Assembly: GCA_963821395.1 (NCBI GenBank)
Contig: CAWGDY010000027.1
Span: 9,407-73,406, forward strand
Direction: 5' to 3'
Length of the DNA stretch: 64,000 nucleotides
Origin: Vicinamibacterales bacterium
GTDB taxonomy: Bacteria > Acidobacteriota > Vicinamibacteria > Vicinamibacterales > JAMQPK01
In this document: piece by piece, positions 11,001 to 17,273 of the stretch
How positions within the stretch are numbered: position 1 is the first letter of the stretch
Layout of the letters: each line of letters starts with the position of its first letter
Notes under the pieces: model-generated
Told to the model about the DNA's origin: nothing
Database searches by the model: none
Seen by the model: the letters and a program-made list of their open reading frames with translations, nothing else
Translations under genes and position numbers: made by a program

Positions 11001-13968
11001 ACATCGCGATGATGTTGTTCGTCGGGCTGTTGGCGAGGTCGTCGCGCAGCCACTGTTCCTGTGGAGAACCTGCCGCGCATCCGTCTGCGTCCCAAAGCTC
11101 CGGCGACGCGCTGCACTCGCCGTTGAGGACAACGATGTGCCAGTTGCCGACGTTGTAGCTGTAGTAGCCGCCAAGCGTGCGATCGCCCGCGGGACCGTCC
11201 TGCACGCCATCGCCGTTGAAGTAGTCGTAATAGCCGGTCGCGCCCGGCGTGTTGTAGTCGTGATTGCCGGTCACCGGCCGCGTGCGCGCCTTGATGCCGG
11301 GACGGCCCCAGGTCGGCGTGTAGCAGGTGTCGAACTCGGCAGCCGTGCCGTTCACGTACGAGTTATCGCCGAGCGTGAACACCGGCCCTGGGAGCCCCTC
11401 GAGAAGCGTCGCGGTTGCGTTCGCGTTCGCGAGCGAATCTCCCGCGATACAGTTCGGCGCGACGTCTCCGGCGCCCAGCAGAATGAGGTTGACGGTGACC
11501 GTCATGTCGTCGAACGCCGATTTCGCGCCGTCGTCCGCAGTGAGGCGTAGCACATAGGTGCCCGCTTCCGTGAAGGTTGCGGTCGTGGCTGCCGAGGTGG
11601 CGCTGGCAAAGTTCACGACGCCAGGTCCGCTGACAAGCGTCCACAGGACGCCGAACGGGCCGTCATCGGTGGCAGCGCCGCTAAGCGTAGCGGTGCCGCC
11701 GAAGTCGATGACCCTGTCTGGCCCTGCCGTCACGATCGGGGTCTGATTCAGGCTCGCGAGGGGTGTCGCATCGTCTTCATTCGACGGTGCGGACGTATTG
11801 CCGAATCCGTCGACTGCGGTTACCACGTAGAAGTATTGAGTGCCATTCGCCGCGCCGAGATCGAGATAATTCGGCGACGTGACGAGAGTCGATCCATTGA
11901 GGGGAGCAATCGCTGTCGAGACGGGGCTCGTCAGGCTGCGATACACGTTGTAGCCCGCGAGATCCGACTCGGCATTCGCCGTCCATGTCAGCGAGACACG
12001 CGCGTTTAGTGGGTCAGCGAACAGGTTTTGCGGCGCCGCCGGCGGTGCGACATAGATAGGATACGGATAACCGGCGGTCCAGGTCGGCGTGCCGACCAGC
12101 GTACCGTTAATGGCCCTTGCGGAACCGGTCGCAACTAGGCCCGAAGCTTCGTTCAATGCCCAACGTCCAATCAGGGTGGGTTGCGTTGTCGGGTCGACCT
12201 CCTGAAACATCGAATTCTGAATTTGAACTTGGCTTCGCGCGACATTCCAGATTCGGACTTCGTCCATGAGGCCGTTGAAGAAGCCTGCCGCGGCCCCCGT
12301 CGATGTCATCGCAGTGCCGATACCAGCGTGCTGGATGCTGTCAAATCGTGGTGTGAAGGTGCCGAGAGTTGTCGTCTTCTCGAGTGCACCGTCGAGGTAG
12401 AGATTCCAGGTAGTCCCGTCGTACGTGACTGCCGCATGGTGCCAGGCAGTGGTGCTGATCGGGATTGGCGTTATGCCGGAAACGGGGTGATTGAGCCCGG
12501 TTCCCGTATCCTCGAAATCGGCGATAAGAACACCAGTTGTATCGTTGATGCCCAGAATGTAGTTCGTGTCCAGGTTGGAGCCGTCGGCCTGAGCCCTTCC
12601 CTTGGAGATCAACGGAATCGCGAGACCCGTAGTCGCATTCTCGAAGCCCCCGGCTCCGGTACTTGTTCCCACACCGAAGCCTGTCCGTTTAAACCAGGTT
12701 TCGATCGTAAAGGTTGAAGCGCCCAGAGCGCTTGTGCCGTCGGCGGGACCGAAAGTCACATACTGATTGATCCCATTGAATTGCATCGCTGCGCCTGCCA
12801 GCGCGTTTGGCGTTGCCACGACTGCGGTCGAAGGAGAGGAGAGATTGGCCGATGTATCGAGCGCCCTGACGGTGTAGCTGTAAAGCGTTCCGTTCGCGAC
12901 TGTGTTGTCCGTGAAGATTGCGCTTGTGAGAGGTGCGACGTTCAACGGTGTTCCGGAGCCGTTTCTGTACACGTTGTAGCCGGCCAGATCGAGCTCGGGA
13001 TTTTCAGGCCATGTGAGTGTAACCAGACCGTTGCCGATGTTCGCCGCGACGTTCTGCGGAACCGAGGGTGACACGCCATCCACAGGCAGAATATTTCCGA
13101 CGACTCGCCCCGGTCCGCTGACCAGCGTGCCATGCGGCCGGCCGGGGACTGAGTTGAGGGCCACTGAACCTGCGCCTTCGTTCAACCCCCAACGCCCGAT
13201 GAGCCCCGTGCCCGCGGTCACTTCCTTATACCTGTTGTCGGAGATTTCCTGCGCCGTGCGCGCGACGTTCCAGATACGGACCTCGTCGATCACGCCGTTG
13301 AAGAAACCGCCAGCGGTTCCGGCAGACGTGAGCGCGCTACCGATCGATGCGTGTTGAATGTTGTCGGAGCGTGGGATGCGCGTGCCCGTCGGCAGCGCCG
13401 GAACTGTGATGTTGCCAGGTAGAGCGACGCCGTTGAGATAGAGGGTAAAGATACCCGTTGAGCTGGTGTATGTCGCAGCGGCGTGATACCACGTGTTGTC
13501 ACTGATCGCTTGGGTCGAGGTGACCGCATGGTTGATTCCGGCTGCGGTATCTTCGAAATCGGCCGCCAGCGTATAGACGCCGGCCGAGAGACTTAATCCG
13601 AGGAAGTAGTTCATGTCGATGTTCGAACCGTCGCCTTCACCCCGTCCCTTCGCGACCAGCGGAACCGCTCCTCCTGATAAGCCGCCTCCGCCCGCTGCAC
13701 TGGTCGTCGTTGTCACGCCCGCGCCCTCTTTCTTGAACCAGAGTTCGAGCGTGAAGTCTGTCGCGTTGAGCCCGTTCGGACCCGTCGCTGGGCCGAACGT
13801 GATGTATTGATTCGCGGCTGTCGTTCCGAGGAAATCAATCGCATTTACAAATGTGGCGATCTGACCCGCCGGCCGGTCCCCGTTCATCAGCGCAAGGATG
13901 ACAACCGTAAGGATGCCGACACCAAAGCGCGTGGCAATGCTGAATCGGGCGCGGATGTACTGAGTCAT
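2068..13968 (-). CDS. giant secreted/surface multidomain protein: 3 LamG, FN3, PKD-like, 2 metallophosphoesterase domains, 13 Ig-like repeats, triplicated unassigned module with FN3
   Basis: A single intact ORF (2068..13983). The ATG at 13968 has GAGGA 8 nt upstream, and the N-terminus has a signal/anchor helix (FGVGILTVVILALMNG). LamG signatures occur three times (FTLELWFKK...FFNGVIDEVRIWNVART). FN3 units are present (LDLAGYNVYR...YSYTVRALD). PKD-like units are present (AGPDRVIDFGGTATLSGAATDD...GTYVLRLTADDG). Phosphoesterase motifs are present (GDNSY, GNHDY, GGHWHNYER; DTQHY, GNHDM, LNGHYPGE). Confidence 0.9.
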   Translation of the reverse strand: MTQYIRARFSIATRFGVGILTVVILALMNGDRPAGQIATFVNAIDFLGTTAANQYITFGPATGPNGLNATDFTLELWFKKEGAGVTTTTSAAGGGGLSGGAVPLVAKGRGEGDGSNIDMNYFLGLSLSAGVYTLAADFEDTAAGINHAVTSTQAISDNTWYHAAATYTSSTGIFTLYLNGVALPGNITVPALPTGTRIPRSDNIQHASIGSALTSAGTAGGFFNGVIDEVRIWNVARTAQEISDNRYKEVTAGTGLIGRWGLNEGAGSVALNSVPGRPHGTLVSGPGRVVGNILPVDGVSPSVPQNVAANIGNGLVTLTWPENPELDLAGYNVYRNGSGTPLNVAPLTSAIFTDNTVANGTLYSYTVRALDTSANLSSPSTAVVATPNALAGAAMQFNGINQYVTFGPADGTSALGASTFTIETWFKRTGFGVGTSTGAGGFENATTGLAIPLISKGRAQADGSNLDTNYILGINDTTGVLIADFEDTGTGLNHPVSGITPIPISTTAWHHAAVTYDGTTWNLYLDGALEKTTTLGTFTPRFDSIQHAGIGTAMTSTGAAAGFFNGLMDEVRIWNVARSQVQIQNSMFQEVDPTTQPTLIGRWALNEASGLVATGSARAINGTLVGTPTWTAGYPYPIYVAPPAAPQNLFADPLNARVSLTWTANAESDLAGYNVYRSLTSPVSTAIAPLNGSTLVTSPNYLDLGAANGTQYFYVVTAVDGFGNTSAPSNEDDATPLASLNQTPIVTAGPDRVIDFGGTATLSGAATDDGPFGVLWTLVSGPGVVNFASATSAATTATFTEAGTYVLRLTADDGAKSAFDDMTVTVNLILLGAGDVAPNCIAGDSLANANATATLLEGLPGPVFTLGDNSYVNGTAAEFDTCYTPTWGRPGIKARTRPVTGNHDYNTPGATGYYDYFNGDGVQDGPAGDRTLGGYYSYNVGNWHIVVLNGECSASPELWDADGCAAGSPQEQWLRDDLANSPTNNIIAMWHRPRYSSSSDDDMHAYTQPLWQALYDYGTDIYLGGHWHNYERLAPMNALGVADPAFGIRTFVIGTGGVPVSGSFPNLRTGISEVRNNTDHGIMKFTLRDSSYDWQFIPVPGDALNDSGTAAVHGAPGSQPPVVNAGADQIVDAGAAELNGSVTDDSPNTITWSQVSGPAAAAFGNANSAVTSVGFTTAGTYVLQLTVDDNKYVRSDTVSITVTAATGNLPPMVNVGADQFVTLPNHASLTATLNDDGFTGIDVSPTWTNQTPAVGTVTFDDPNTTTTTASFSGPGTYVLRLTATDGEINGFDELTVTVNPTEPNNAIDFTGTNGYVSFGAAPGLGVSTMTIEAWFKRDGEGAPADTGTGGFLAIPIVAKGRAQDEATTNNMNFFLGIKDVPTGDVLAADFEDNNTGLNHPIAGVTTIPADGTWHHAAATYGDGTWRLYLDGTLEATSAVGAFTPRFDSIQHASIGSALNTSGTPEGFFNGVIDEVRIWDRALTVSELQAGINQQILNVPNLVARWGLNESGSTTTVLDSTPIPVNGTINGSGWARTAGAPFNLVFNQAPNLPVLNTPENGATDQTNAPNLSVNVSDPESQPLNVTFFGRATNAAAAGDFTIVAIPDTQHYVDDTNPSDADGDRALTFTQQTQWIVSSRPTLNTVFVSHLGDIAEHIDAQPAEWTKADASMDVLDLASPPVPYGIAPGNHDMSSAGVSTNYDLYFPVSRMSGYPWYGGYLGQNQFSFTDPINRLNKNQYSLFSVGGMDFVVIHLEYDMPTYSVAWADRVLKAFPNRKAIIATHLFLSDSGSRPTTVLNRTTDGTPAATVWTNLIVPNCNVFLILNGHYPGEANRSDATPTNAACPSRTVHQLESDYQSRVNGGDGWLRYMTFKPSENKIYVYTYSPKLLQFETDANSQFVLDFNMQGVPFTQIGTDNSVPSGTPAETTWAGRTPNTQYQWYATVSDGNQTVTGPTWSFTTDAISTPASITTQPQSQTIASGATANLSVGATGTAPLTYQWYQGTAPDTTTLVGTNSANFTTPNLTTQTSYWVRVSNAFGPSVDSATATISIGVAPAIGTQPQSQTIASGATANLSVSATGTNLSYQWYRGTAPDTSNQVGTNSANFTTPNLATQTSYWVRVSNAFGPSVDSATATISIGVAAAIGTQPQSQTIASGATANLSVSATGTNLSYQWYRGTAPDTTNLVGSNSPNFTTPNLTTQTSYWVRASNAFGPSVNSATATISIGVGAAIDTQPQSQTIASGATANLSVGATGENLSYQWYQGPSGTTTTAVGTNSPNFTTPNLTVATSYWVRVSNSYGTVDSSAAVISIGVAAAIGTQPQSQTIASNTTANLSVGATGGNLIYQWYQGTAPDTTTAVGSNSPNFTTPNLTTETSYWVRVSNAFGPSLDSATATISIGVAAAIGTQPQSQTITTNTTANLSVGATGTNLTYQWYRGTAPDTTNLVGSNSPNFTTPNLTTQTSYWVRVSNAFGPSVNSATATISIGIAAAIGTQPQSQTIASGATANLSIGATGTNLSYQWYQGTAPDTSNAVGSNSSSFTTPNLTTQTSYWVRVSNAFGPSVNSATATISIGVAAAIGTQPQSQTIASNTTANLSVGATGTNLSYQWYRGTAPDTTSLVGSNSPNFTTPNLTTQTSYWVRVSNAFGPSVNSATATISIGVGAAISTHPQSQTIASGTTADLSVGATGENLSYQWYQGPSGTTTTAVGTNSANFTTPNLTTQTSYWVRVSNAFGAVNSSAATISIGVAAAIGTPPQNQTIASNATANLSVGATGTSLTYQWYQGTAPDTSNSVGTNSANFTTPNLTTQTSYWVRVSNAFGPSVDSATATISIGVAAAVGTPPQSQTITSGTSANLSVGATGTNLTYQWYRGTAPDTTNLVGSNSPNFTTPNLTTQTSYWVRVSNAFGPSVNSATATISIGVAAAIGTQPQSQTIASNTTANLSVGATGTNLTYQWYQGTSGTTTTPVGSNSANFTTPNLTTQTSYWVRVSNAFGPGVNSATATISIGVGPAIATQPQNQTIVSGATANLSVGATGTNLSYQWYQGPSGTTTTPVGANSANFTTPALTTQTSYWVRVSNAFGPSVDSSAATISITVAPPVTFTPLGVGTHFPTVDNADGPGPGPRAITPPAVQLGDMVVIVAAYGGTATLTMSETGGQAWTAEANTQANGQTVRVFWSQFNGTWTANPAVTNTTGTGPLTVYSFAVDLAPGTYPEIDVPFVSGNHSGGTVTVPSFSTSTPGALALVGWISADNNTWAAPTTGWSMPGGQAQWRNNSSADNTIALAYRNIASAGATGSIARTQTNGPDTGLYFRMAFKATQLTPATPPSDPANLLASASIGQVELTWTDTSTNEFAFQIERCTNPGCTNFAPLTGVGSNVTSYRDTTVAGTTTYRYRVRANNVFGPSEYSTSTDVTTPTPAFAFRGVGTHFPTVENADQGAGPGPRAIVPPASLQLGDLVVIVAAYQGTATLTLTETGGQIWTSETNTQANGQTVRVFWSQFNGVWTANPAVSNTTGTSPLTVYSMAFDMAPGLYPEIDVPFGSGSHSGGTVTVPSFTTNTTGVLALAGWISGDNNSWSAPTAGWSTPGGQAQWRNSNGSDSSVAFAYRLLGPAGPSGTIVRTQSASGPDTGIYFRLGFRALEVPSNPPGDPSDLQATPSVGQVALTWIDNANNEAGFNIERCAGIGCTNFLPLTVVGPNTASYNDNAVAGTTTYRYQVRAYNLFSPSNYSNIADALTPALPPPPPIPFTFRSVGSHYPTVDNTNGTGPGPRAVTPPATLQAGDLYVIVAAYRGNVTLSMAGTGGQTWNAESISQANGVTARVFWTRFNGTWAGTPSVTNTTGTEALSVYNFAFAMSAGMHPEIDVPVFSAGHSGGAVTVPSFATNTAGTLALAGWLSNENNSWSAPTTGWSVPGGQQQWRNTTGEDTSLAFAYRVFTAAGPTGSVVRSEGSGDDPGLYFRLAWKQVPD
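2071..4677 (-). repeat. three copies of an unassigned ~220-aa module (X1 4024-4677, X2 3052-3717, X3 2071-2733), separated by two FN3 units
   Basis: Shared blocks: GVGTHFPTV[DE]NA...GPGPRA[IV].PPA.LQ.GD[LM].VIVAAY.G..TL.[LM].[EA]TGGQ.W..E...QANG.T.RVFW..FNG.W...P.V.NTTGT..L.VY...F.[ML][AS].G..PEIDVP...G.HSGG.VTVPSF.T[NS]T.G.LAL.GW[IL]S..NN.W.APT.GWS.PGGQ.QWRN...D....AYR.....G..G...R......D.G.YFR[LM]. Confidence 0.85.
4678..8067 (-). repeat. 13 tandem ~261-bp coding repeats, each one Ig-like domain of ~87 aa
   Basis: Unit consensus: IGTQPQSQTIASGATANLSVGATGTNLSYQWY[QR]GTAPDTTN.VGSNS.NFTTPNLTTQTSYWVRVSNAFGPSV[ND]SATATISIGVAAA. It is counted 13 times in the translation. 3390 nt divided by 13 gives about 261 nt per unit. 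Copies are near-identical at DNA level. Confidence 0.9.
8270..9170 (-). other. metallophosphoesterase-like domain 2 within the giant protein (approximate bounds)
   Basis: Motifs IVAIPDTQHYVDD, HLGDIAEH, IAPGNHDM, ATHLFL and LILNGHYPGE are present. This second domain is more divergent. Confidence 0.6.
10780..11480 (-). other. metallophosphoesterase (calcineurin-like) domain 1 within the giant protein (approximate bounds)
   Basis: Motifs LGAGDVAP, FTLGDNSYVNG, VTGNHDYNTPG, MWHRPRYSS and YLGGHWHNYER appear in the canonical order. Confidence 0.75.
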
Positions 13969-14142
13969 CGGACAGGTCCTCAATTGATTGGGGGAGGCGG
14001 ACTATGGCCGCGGCTGCGCGGACGCGCAACTATTTGTGAAGGCACCATTGGATGTCCACGAAACCGGTCGATGGCGCGCATCGCACGCATCGCGCGCATG
14101 ACGCGCGTAGCGGAAGGACGGAAATTTAGGGGAGTTGACTGA

Positions 14143-14397
14143 CTACAGAAGGCCGAGGGCTCTTACGTAGCGGCGCGCTTCGCGGACGGGAATTCGAAAC
14201 ACGCGCTTGCGGCCCCGCCCGACGGGAACGGCGCGCAAGTATCCGTTGCAGATTTCCTTGCGGACGAACGTCGAGCTCATCCCGATCATGCCGGCGAGCT
14301 CGGCGGTGGTCAGCGGCGGGCCGGTCTTCTCGACCAGATCCTTCAGCCGCTGACTGACATCGGGTTGCCGGCGGGCGTGACCGTCCTGTCGCATCAA
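14143..14397 (-). CDS. small helix-turn-helix DNA-binding protein (excisionase/MerR-like HTH family)
   Basis: 84 aa. The HTH segment is PLTTAELAGMIGMSSTFVRKEICNGYLRAVPVGRGRKRVFRIPVREARRYV, typical of excisionase-family HTH domains. No recombinase gene is nearby. Confidence 0.65.
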   Translation of the reverse strand: MMRQDGHARRQPDVSQRLKDLVEKTGPPLTTAELAGMIGMSSTFVRKEICNGYLRAVPVGRGRKRVFRIPVREARRYVRALGLL

Positions 14398-14541
14398 GGC
14401 GTTTACAGGCAGTGCAGGATCGCTGCCGCCGGGACGTCTTCATTTCCGCTGATTTCAGGAGGGTTCGAATGGGGAGGTTCGCAAAGTCTGCTTCCAGGCA
14501 GACTTTGCGCTTCCCCGGGATGGGTCTACGGGCGGGCGCCT

Positions 14542-15810
14542 TTACTTCTTTGGGGCCAGCATCTTCGTGACACGGCCGACACTCGTGTCGCCGGCATACA
14601 GGTTGTTCTGCTTGTCGAACACCCAGTAGCTGGCTTCGATGAACTGGCCGTGCCCGATGCCCATGCCGTTGCCGATCGCGCCAAGCACTTTACCGTTCCG
14701 ATCGAGCTTCAGGAACTGCCCGTCCTGCCCGCTCGCCATCCAGGGCTGGCCTTGAGGATCGAATTTCAACGCGCACACGAGATTTCTCGTCTGGATCGTT
14801 TTGATGAATTTTCCATCGCCGCTGTAGATGACGATGCGATAGTCCTCGCGATCGCCGATCCACACATCGCCGTTCGTTGGATCGACCGCCAGCCCGTGCG
14901 CGGAATTGAATTTGCCCATGCCCACTTCGTTGCCGTACCACTGATTCTTGAACTTGCCGTTCTTGTCGAGATGAACGATGCGCGACGCGCCGATGTTGTT
15001 GGCCGCGTCGTTCGAATCGGTGTCGTTCGGACTTTCGTTGCCGTGCCCCTCCGCGATGTAGACATCGCCGTTCGGCGCGAACGCCACCATCACCGGTTCC
15101 CAGAGCAGCCGTTGTCCCTTGGCCTCGTCCCAGTCACCTCGACGTCCGGTCTCGCCGATCTTGAGAAGCAGCTTGCCGTCAGGGCCGATCTTCATCACGG
15201 TCGCGCTGCCCGCGGCCGTGATCCAGACGTTGTCTTCGGGGTCGACGGCCATGCCGTGCGCCTTCGTCTGGTACCCGATCACATCGGGTGCGACCTGATG
15301 GATGAGCTTGAAGTTCGGATCGAATTTGAAGAGCTGTGGCTTGCCGACGTCCGCGCGCTGGAACACCCAGAGGTTGCCCTTCGAATCGAGCGCGACAGAC
15401 GGCACGCCGCCAAAACCGGGAGGCAGCACGACCGGGTAGGTGAACGTGTACCCCATCGTCTGCTTCCACTGCACGCGCTGCATCTGTCCGCGCGGGAAGC
15501 CGCCGCGCCGGCCGCACACTGGCGACTGGCGGCATGGCGGCACCTGGACGACCGGCGAGTTCTGAACCTCGCCGTTGGGCGCCGCGCCGCGGCCAGGTCC
15601 GCCGCTCCGCGGGGGCACCGTGACGTTGCCTTTCTCATCGACGATCGTCCGTCCGGTCGGGTCGGGGAACGAGGCCTGCAGGAACCAGGCGGGCGAGCCG
15701 TCGGCGGCCGGACCTTCGATTGGCGGCTTCGTTTGAGAGAACGTCAGCGTCGTGGCCCACATCACACCCGCAGCCACACAGACGACTCCGGCAACAGCGC
15801 GTCCCTTCAT
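14542..15810 (-). CDS. secreted NHL-repeat six-bladed beta-propeller protein
   Basis: The internal ATG (aa 161 of ORF 14542..16290) has GGAGG upstream and a signal peptide (MKGRAVAGVVCVAAGVMWATTLTFSQ). NHL-like blades repeat: HGMAVDPEDNVWITAAG, PNGDVYIAEGHGN, HGLAVDPTNGDVWIGD, NNLYAGDTSVGRVTKM. Confidence 0.8.
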   Translation of the reverse strand: MKGRAVAGVVCVAAGVMWATTLTFSQTKPPIEGPAADGSPAWFLQASFPDPTGRTIVDEKGNVTVPPRSGGPGRGAAPNGEVQNSPVVQVPPCRQSPVCGRRGGFPRGQMQRVQWKQTMGYTFTYPVVLPPGFGGVPSVALDSKGNLWVFQRADVGKPQLFKFDPNFKLIHQVAPDVIGYQTKAHGMAVDPEDNVWITAAGSATVMKIGPDGKLLLKIGETGRRGDWDEAKGQRLLWEPVMVAFAPNGDVYIAEGHGNESPNDTDSNDAANNIGASRIVHLDKNGKFKNQWYGNEVGMGKFNSAHGLAVDPTNGDVWIGDREDYRIVIYSGDGKFIKTIQTRNLVCALKFDPQGQPWMASGQDGQFLKLDRNGKVLGAIGNGMGIGHGQFIEASYWVFDKQNNLYAGDTSVGRVTKMLAPKK

Positions 15811-15929
15811 TTCAGCCTCCTGCAAAACGTGTTGGTGAGACGAGAAGTGTCGCACAGTTGATCGGCCAGAGTCACTTCCGGCCGTGCTGCCGGGCACGCG
15901 CGGGTGAGGCTTCAGCCGGGCCTGGAAGG

Positions 15930-16298
15930 TTATTGAAGAACGAGCAGGTCTTCGAACGCCAGCGCGCCGTGATACTGAACGCGGTCGCTGGTGAGCGTGG
16001 CCACCTGACAGCGGAGCACGGTGGCCTTCACCCTGTACGGGGCCGTCGGGCTGCCCAACTGCAGTTCGACCCGCATGCCCGGGAACAGCCGGCATTCGGT
16101 CTCGAGCAGCACGCCCCCGGGGCTGACATCGACGATGCGGGCGCTTCGACCGGGCCGCAGGCGACCGGTCGACATGCCGGTCCAGTCCGCGGTCGAGACG
16201 CGGGGAAAGGCTCTTCGTTCGGGAGTTTCGGTGGGTAATGCTTCGGCCACGGAAGTGGCCAAAGATACGACGGCGGCTCTTGGGAGGCAATCCTCCAT
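15930..16298 (-). CDS. stand-alone PilZ-domain protein (putative c-di-GMP receptor)
   Basis: 122 aa from the internal ATG of ORF 15930..16703. It carries both PilZ signatures: RRAFPR (RxxxR) and DVSPGG (D/NxSxxG). Confidence 0.75.
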   Translation of the reverse strand: MEDCLPRAAVVSLATSVAEALPTETPERRAFPRVSTADWTGMSTGRLRPGRSARIVDVSPGGVLLETECRLFPGMRVELQLGSPTAPYRVKATVLRCQVATLTSDRVQYHGALAFEDLLVLQ

Positions 16299-16369
16299 CG
16301 GGCTATGCCGACGGATTAGCCACGAACGGCTGGCCGGGGGAGCGGGCCGTCGCGTGACCGTGTGCTGGC

Positions 16370-16753
16370 CTACGCCGTCGCGATATCGGGACCCGCGGCA
16401 CGCAGGCGACCGAAGCCGGTCAGCTGACGCTTGGGAAGGTGCAGCCGGGCGCTCGCCTCGATCATCGCGAATCTCCCGGCGCCGGCAAACCGGACACGAT
16501 AGTGCCGGACGGTGCCGTGTGACGTATCGGGCATGACGGTCATGCACACGTCGGCTTCGTTCCGGTTGTCGACAAACTCGACGAAATCGATTTCCGGCTT
16601 GATCTCGTCTTCGAGCCAGGCGTCGCAATCCAGAAACACTTTCAGGTCGCGGGAATCGTATTGGCCGGTCATGTCGGCCTCTTGCCGGGCAATGGCGGCC
16701 CACGCCATCAACATGGCCCGCACGGGGGTAGACGTAACGGTGGTCGCAATCAT
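16370..16753 (-). CDS. small acidic hypothetical protein, paralog P1 of a 3-member family
   Basis: Start MIATTVTSTPVRAM, with GGAGAG 5 nt upstream. It is colinear with the ORFs at 21600..21977 and 26198..26539. Confidence 0.7.
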   Translation of the reverse strand: MIATTVTSTPVRAMLMAWAAIARQEADMTGQYDSRDLKVFLDCDAWLEDEIKPEIDFVEFVDNRNEADVCMTVMPDTSHGTVRHYRVRFAGAGRFAMIEASARLHLPKRQLTGFGRLRAAGPDIATA

Positions 16754-16859
16754 GCGCACTCTCCAGTCAGCATCGTTTTCGATGCTCGACAAGTTATAGC
16801 CAACACCGCATGAGGGCTCGATGAAGCAAGATCGTGACCAGCTTCACAAATCCTTCATG
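16754..16859 (-). promoter_or_regulatory. P1 leader hairpin, conserved 37-nt box and upstream CTTCA half-sites
   Basis: Box at 16790-16826 (plus strand): CAAGTTATAGCCAACACCGCATGAGGGCTCGATGAAG. On the coding strand it reads ...GTTGGCTATAACTTG with a -10-like TATAAC. The leader hairpin is AGCATCG-tttt-CGATGCT (16769-16786). The motif CTTCACaAAtcCTTCAT (about 16843-16859) is also conserved upstream of P2. Confidence 0.6.
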
Positions 16860-16974
16860 TTCCCGGCACGCGTTGGCTGCGGGCAGATCGCGACTTCTAA
16901 CGAAGGTGAGCGGGGGACTGCAGTCTATCCGCGGTGTCCGCGGCGTGTCCACGTTCTTTTTCAGTAAGCGGGTC

Positions 16975-17184
16975 TCATCGGAGATACGTGCGGAAGAAGC
17001 CCAGAGCGAAACCCAGAAGGGCGGCGAGCAAGAGCTGATAGTCCATCACTATCACAGTGGCGGCGACGCCGCTGCCCTCGCCGCTCTGCATGTGGAAGGC
17101 GCGGAAGACGCCTATGAGAACCCAGAGGACGATCACGACCGTGGCCGTGATGGCGCCGATGAGAAGGCTCTTGAAAAGCCGCAT
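16975..17184 (-). CDS. small two-helix membrane protein (hypothetical)
   Basis: 69 aa with two hydrophobic helices (LLIGAITATVVIVLWVLIGVF; LLLAALLGFALGFF). No clear SD sequence. Confidence 0.4.
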   Translation of the reverse strand: MRLFKSLLIGAITATVVIVLWVLIGVFRAFHMQSGEGSGVAATVIVMDYQLLLAALLGFALGFFRTYLR

Positions 17185-17273
17185 CGGAAAGCGGGTACTG
17201 TAACCCTGAATCGACGGGGCACGGCAGCCTTTTCATGGCCCCGTTTCGTCTAATTCCCCCGAGGAGGGTCCGC

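Noticed and set aside
14143-14397. Excisionase-family HTH protein considered as a marker of an integrated mobile element
   Set aside because: There is no integrase, transposase, att-like direct repeats or phage genes anywhere in the window. Small HTH proteins of this family also act as ordinary regulators.
16800-16820. Five-codon mini-ORF inside the conserved box (ATG CGG TGT TGG CTA TAA in P1, with ATG and TAA conserved in all three copies)
   Set aside because: The variable positions fall on first and second codon positions and change the peptide (MRCWL, MWRWI, MRGSV). The mini-ORF would also lie upstream of the predicted -10. Conservation is better explained as a DNA motif.
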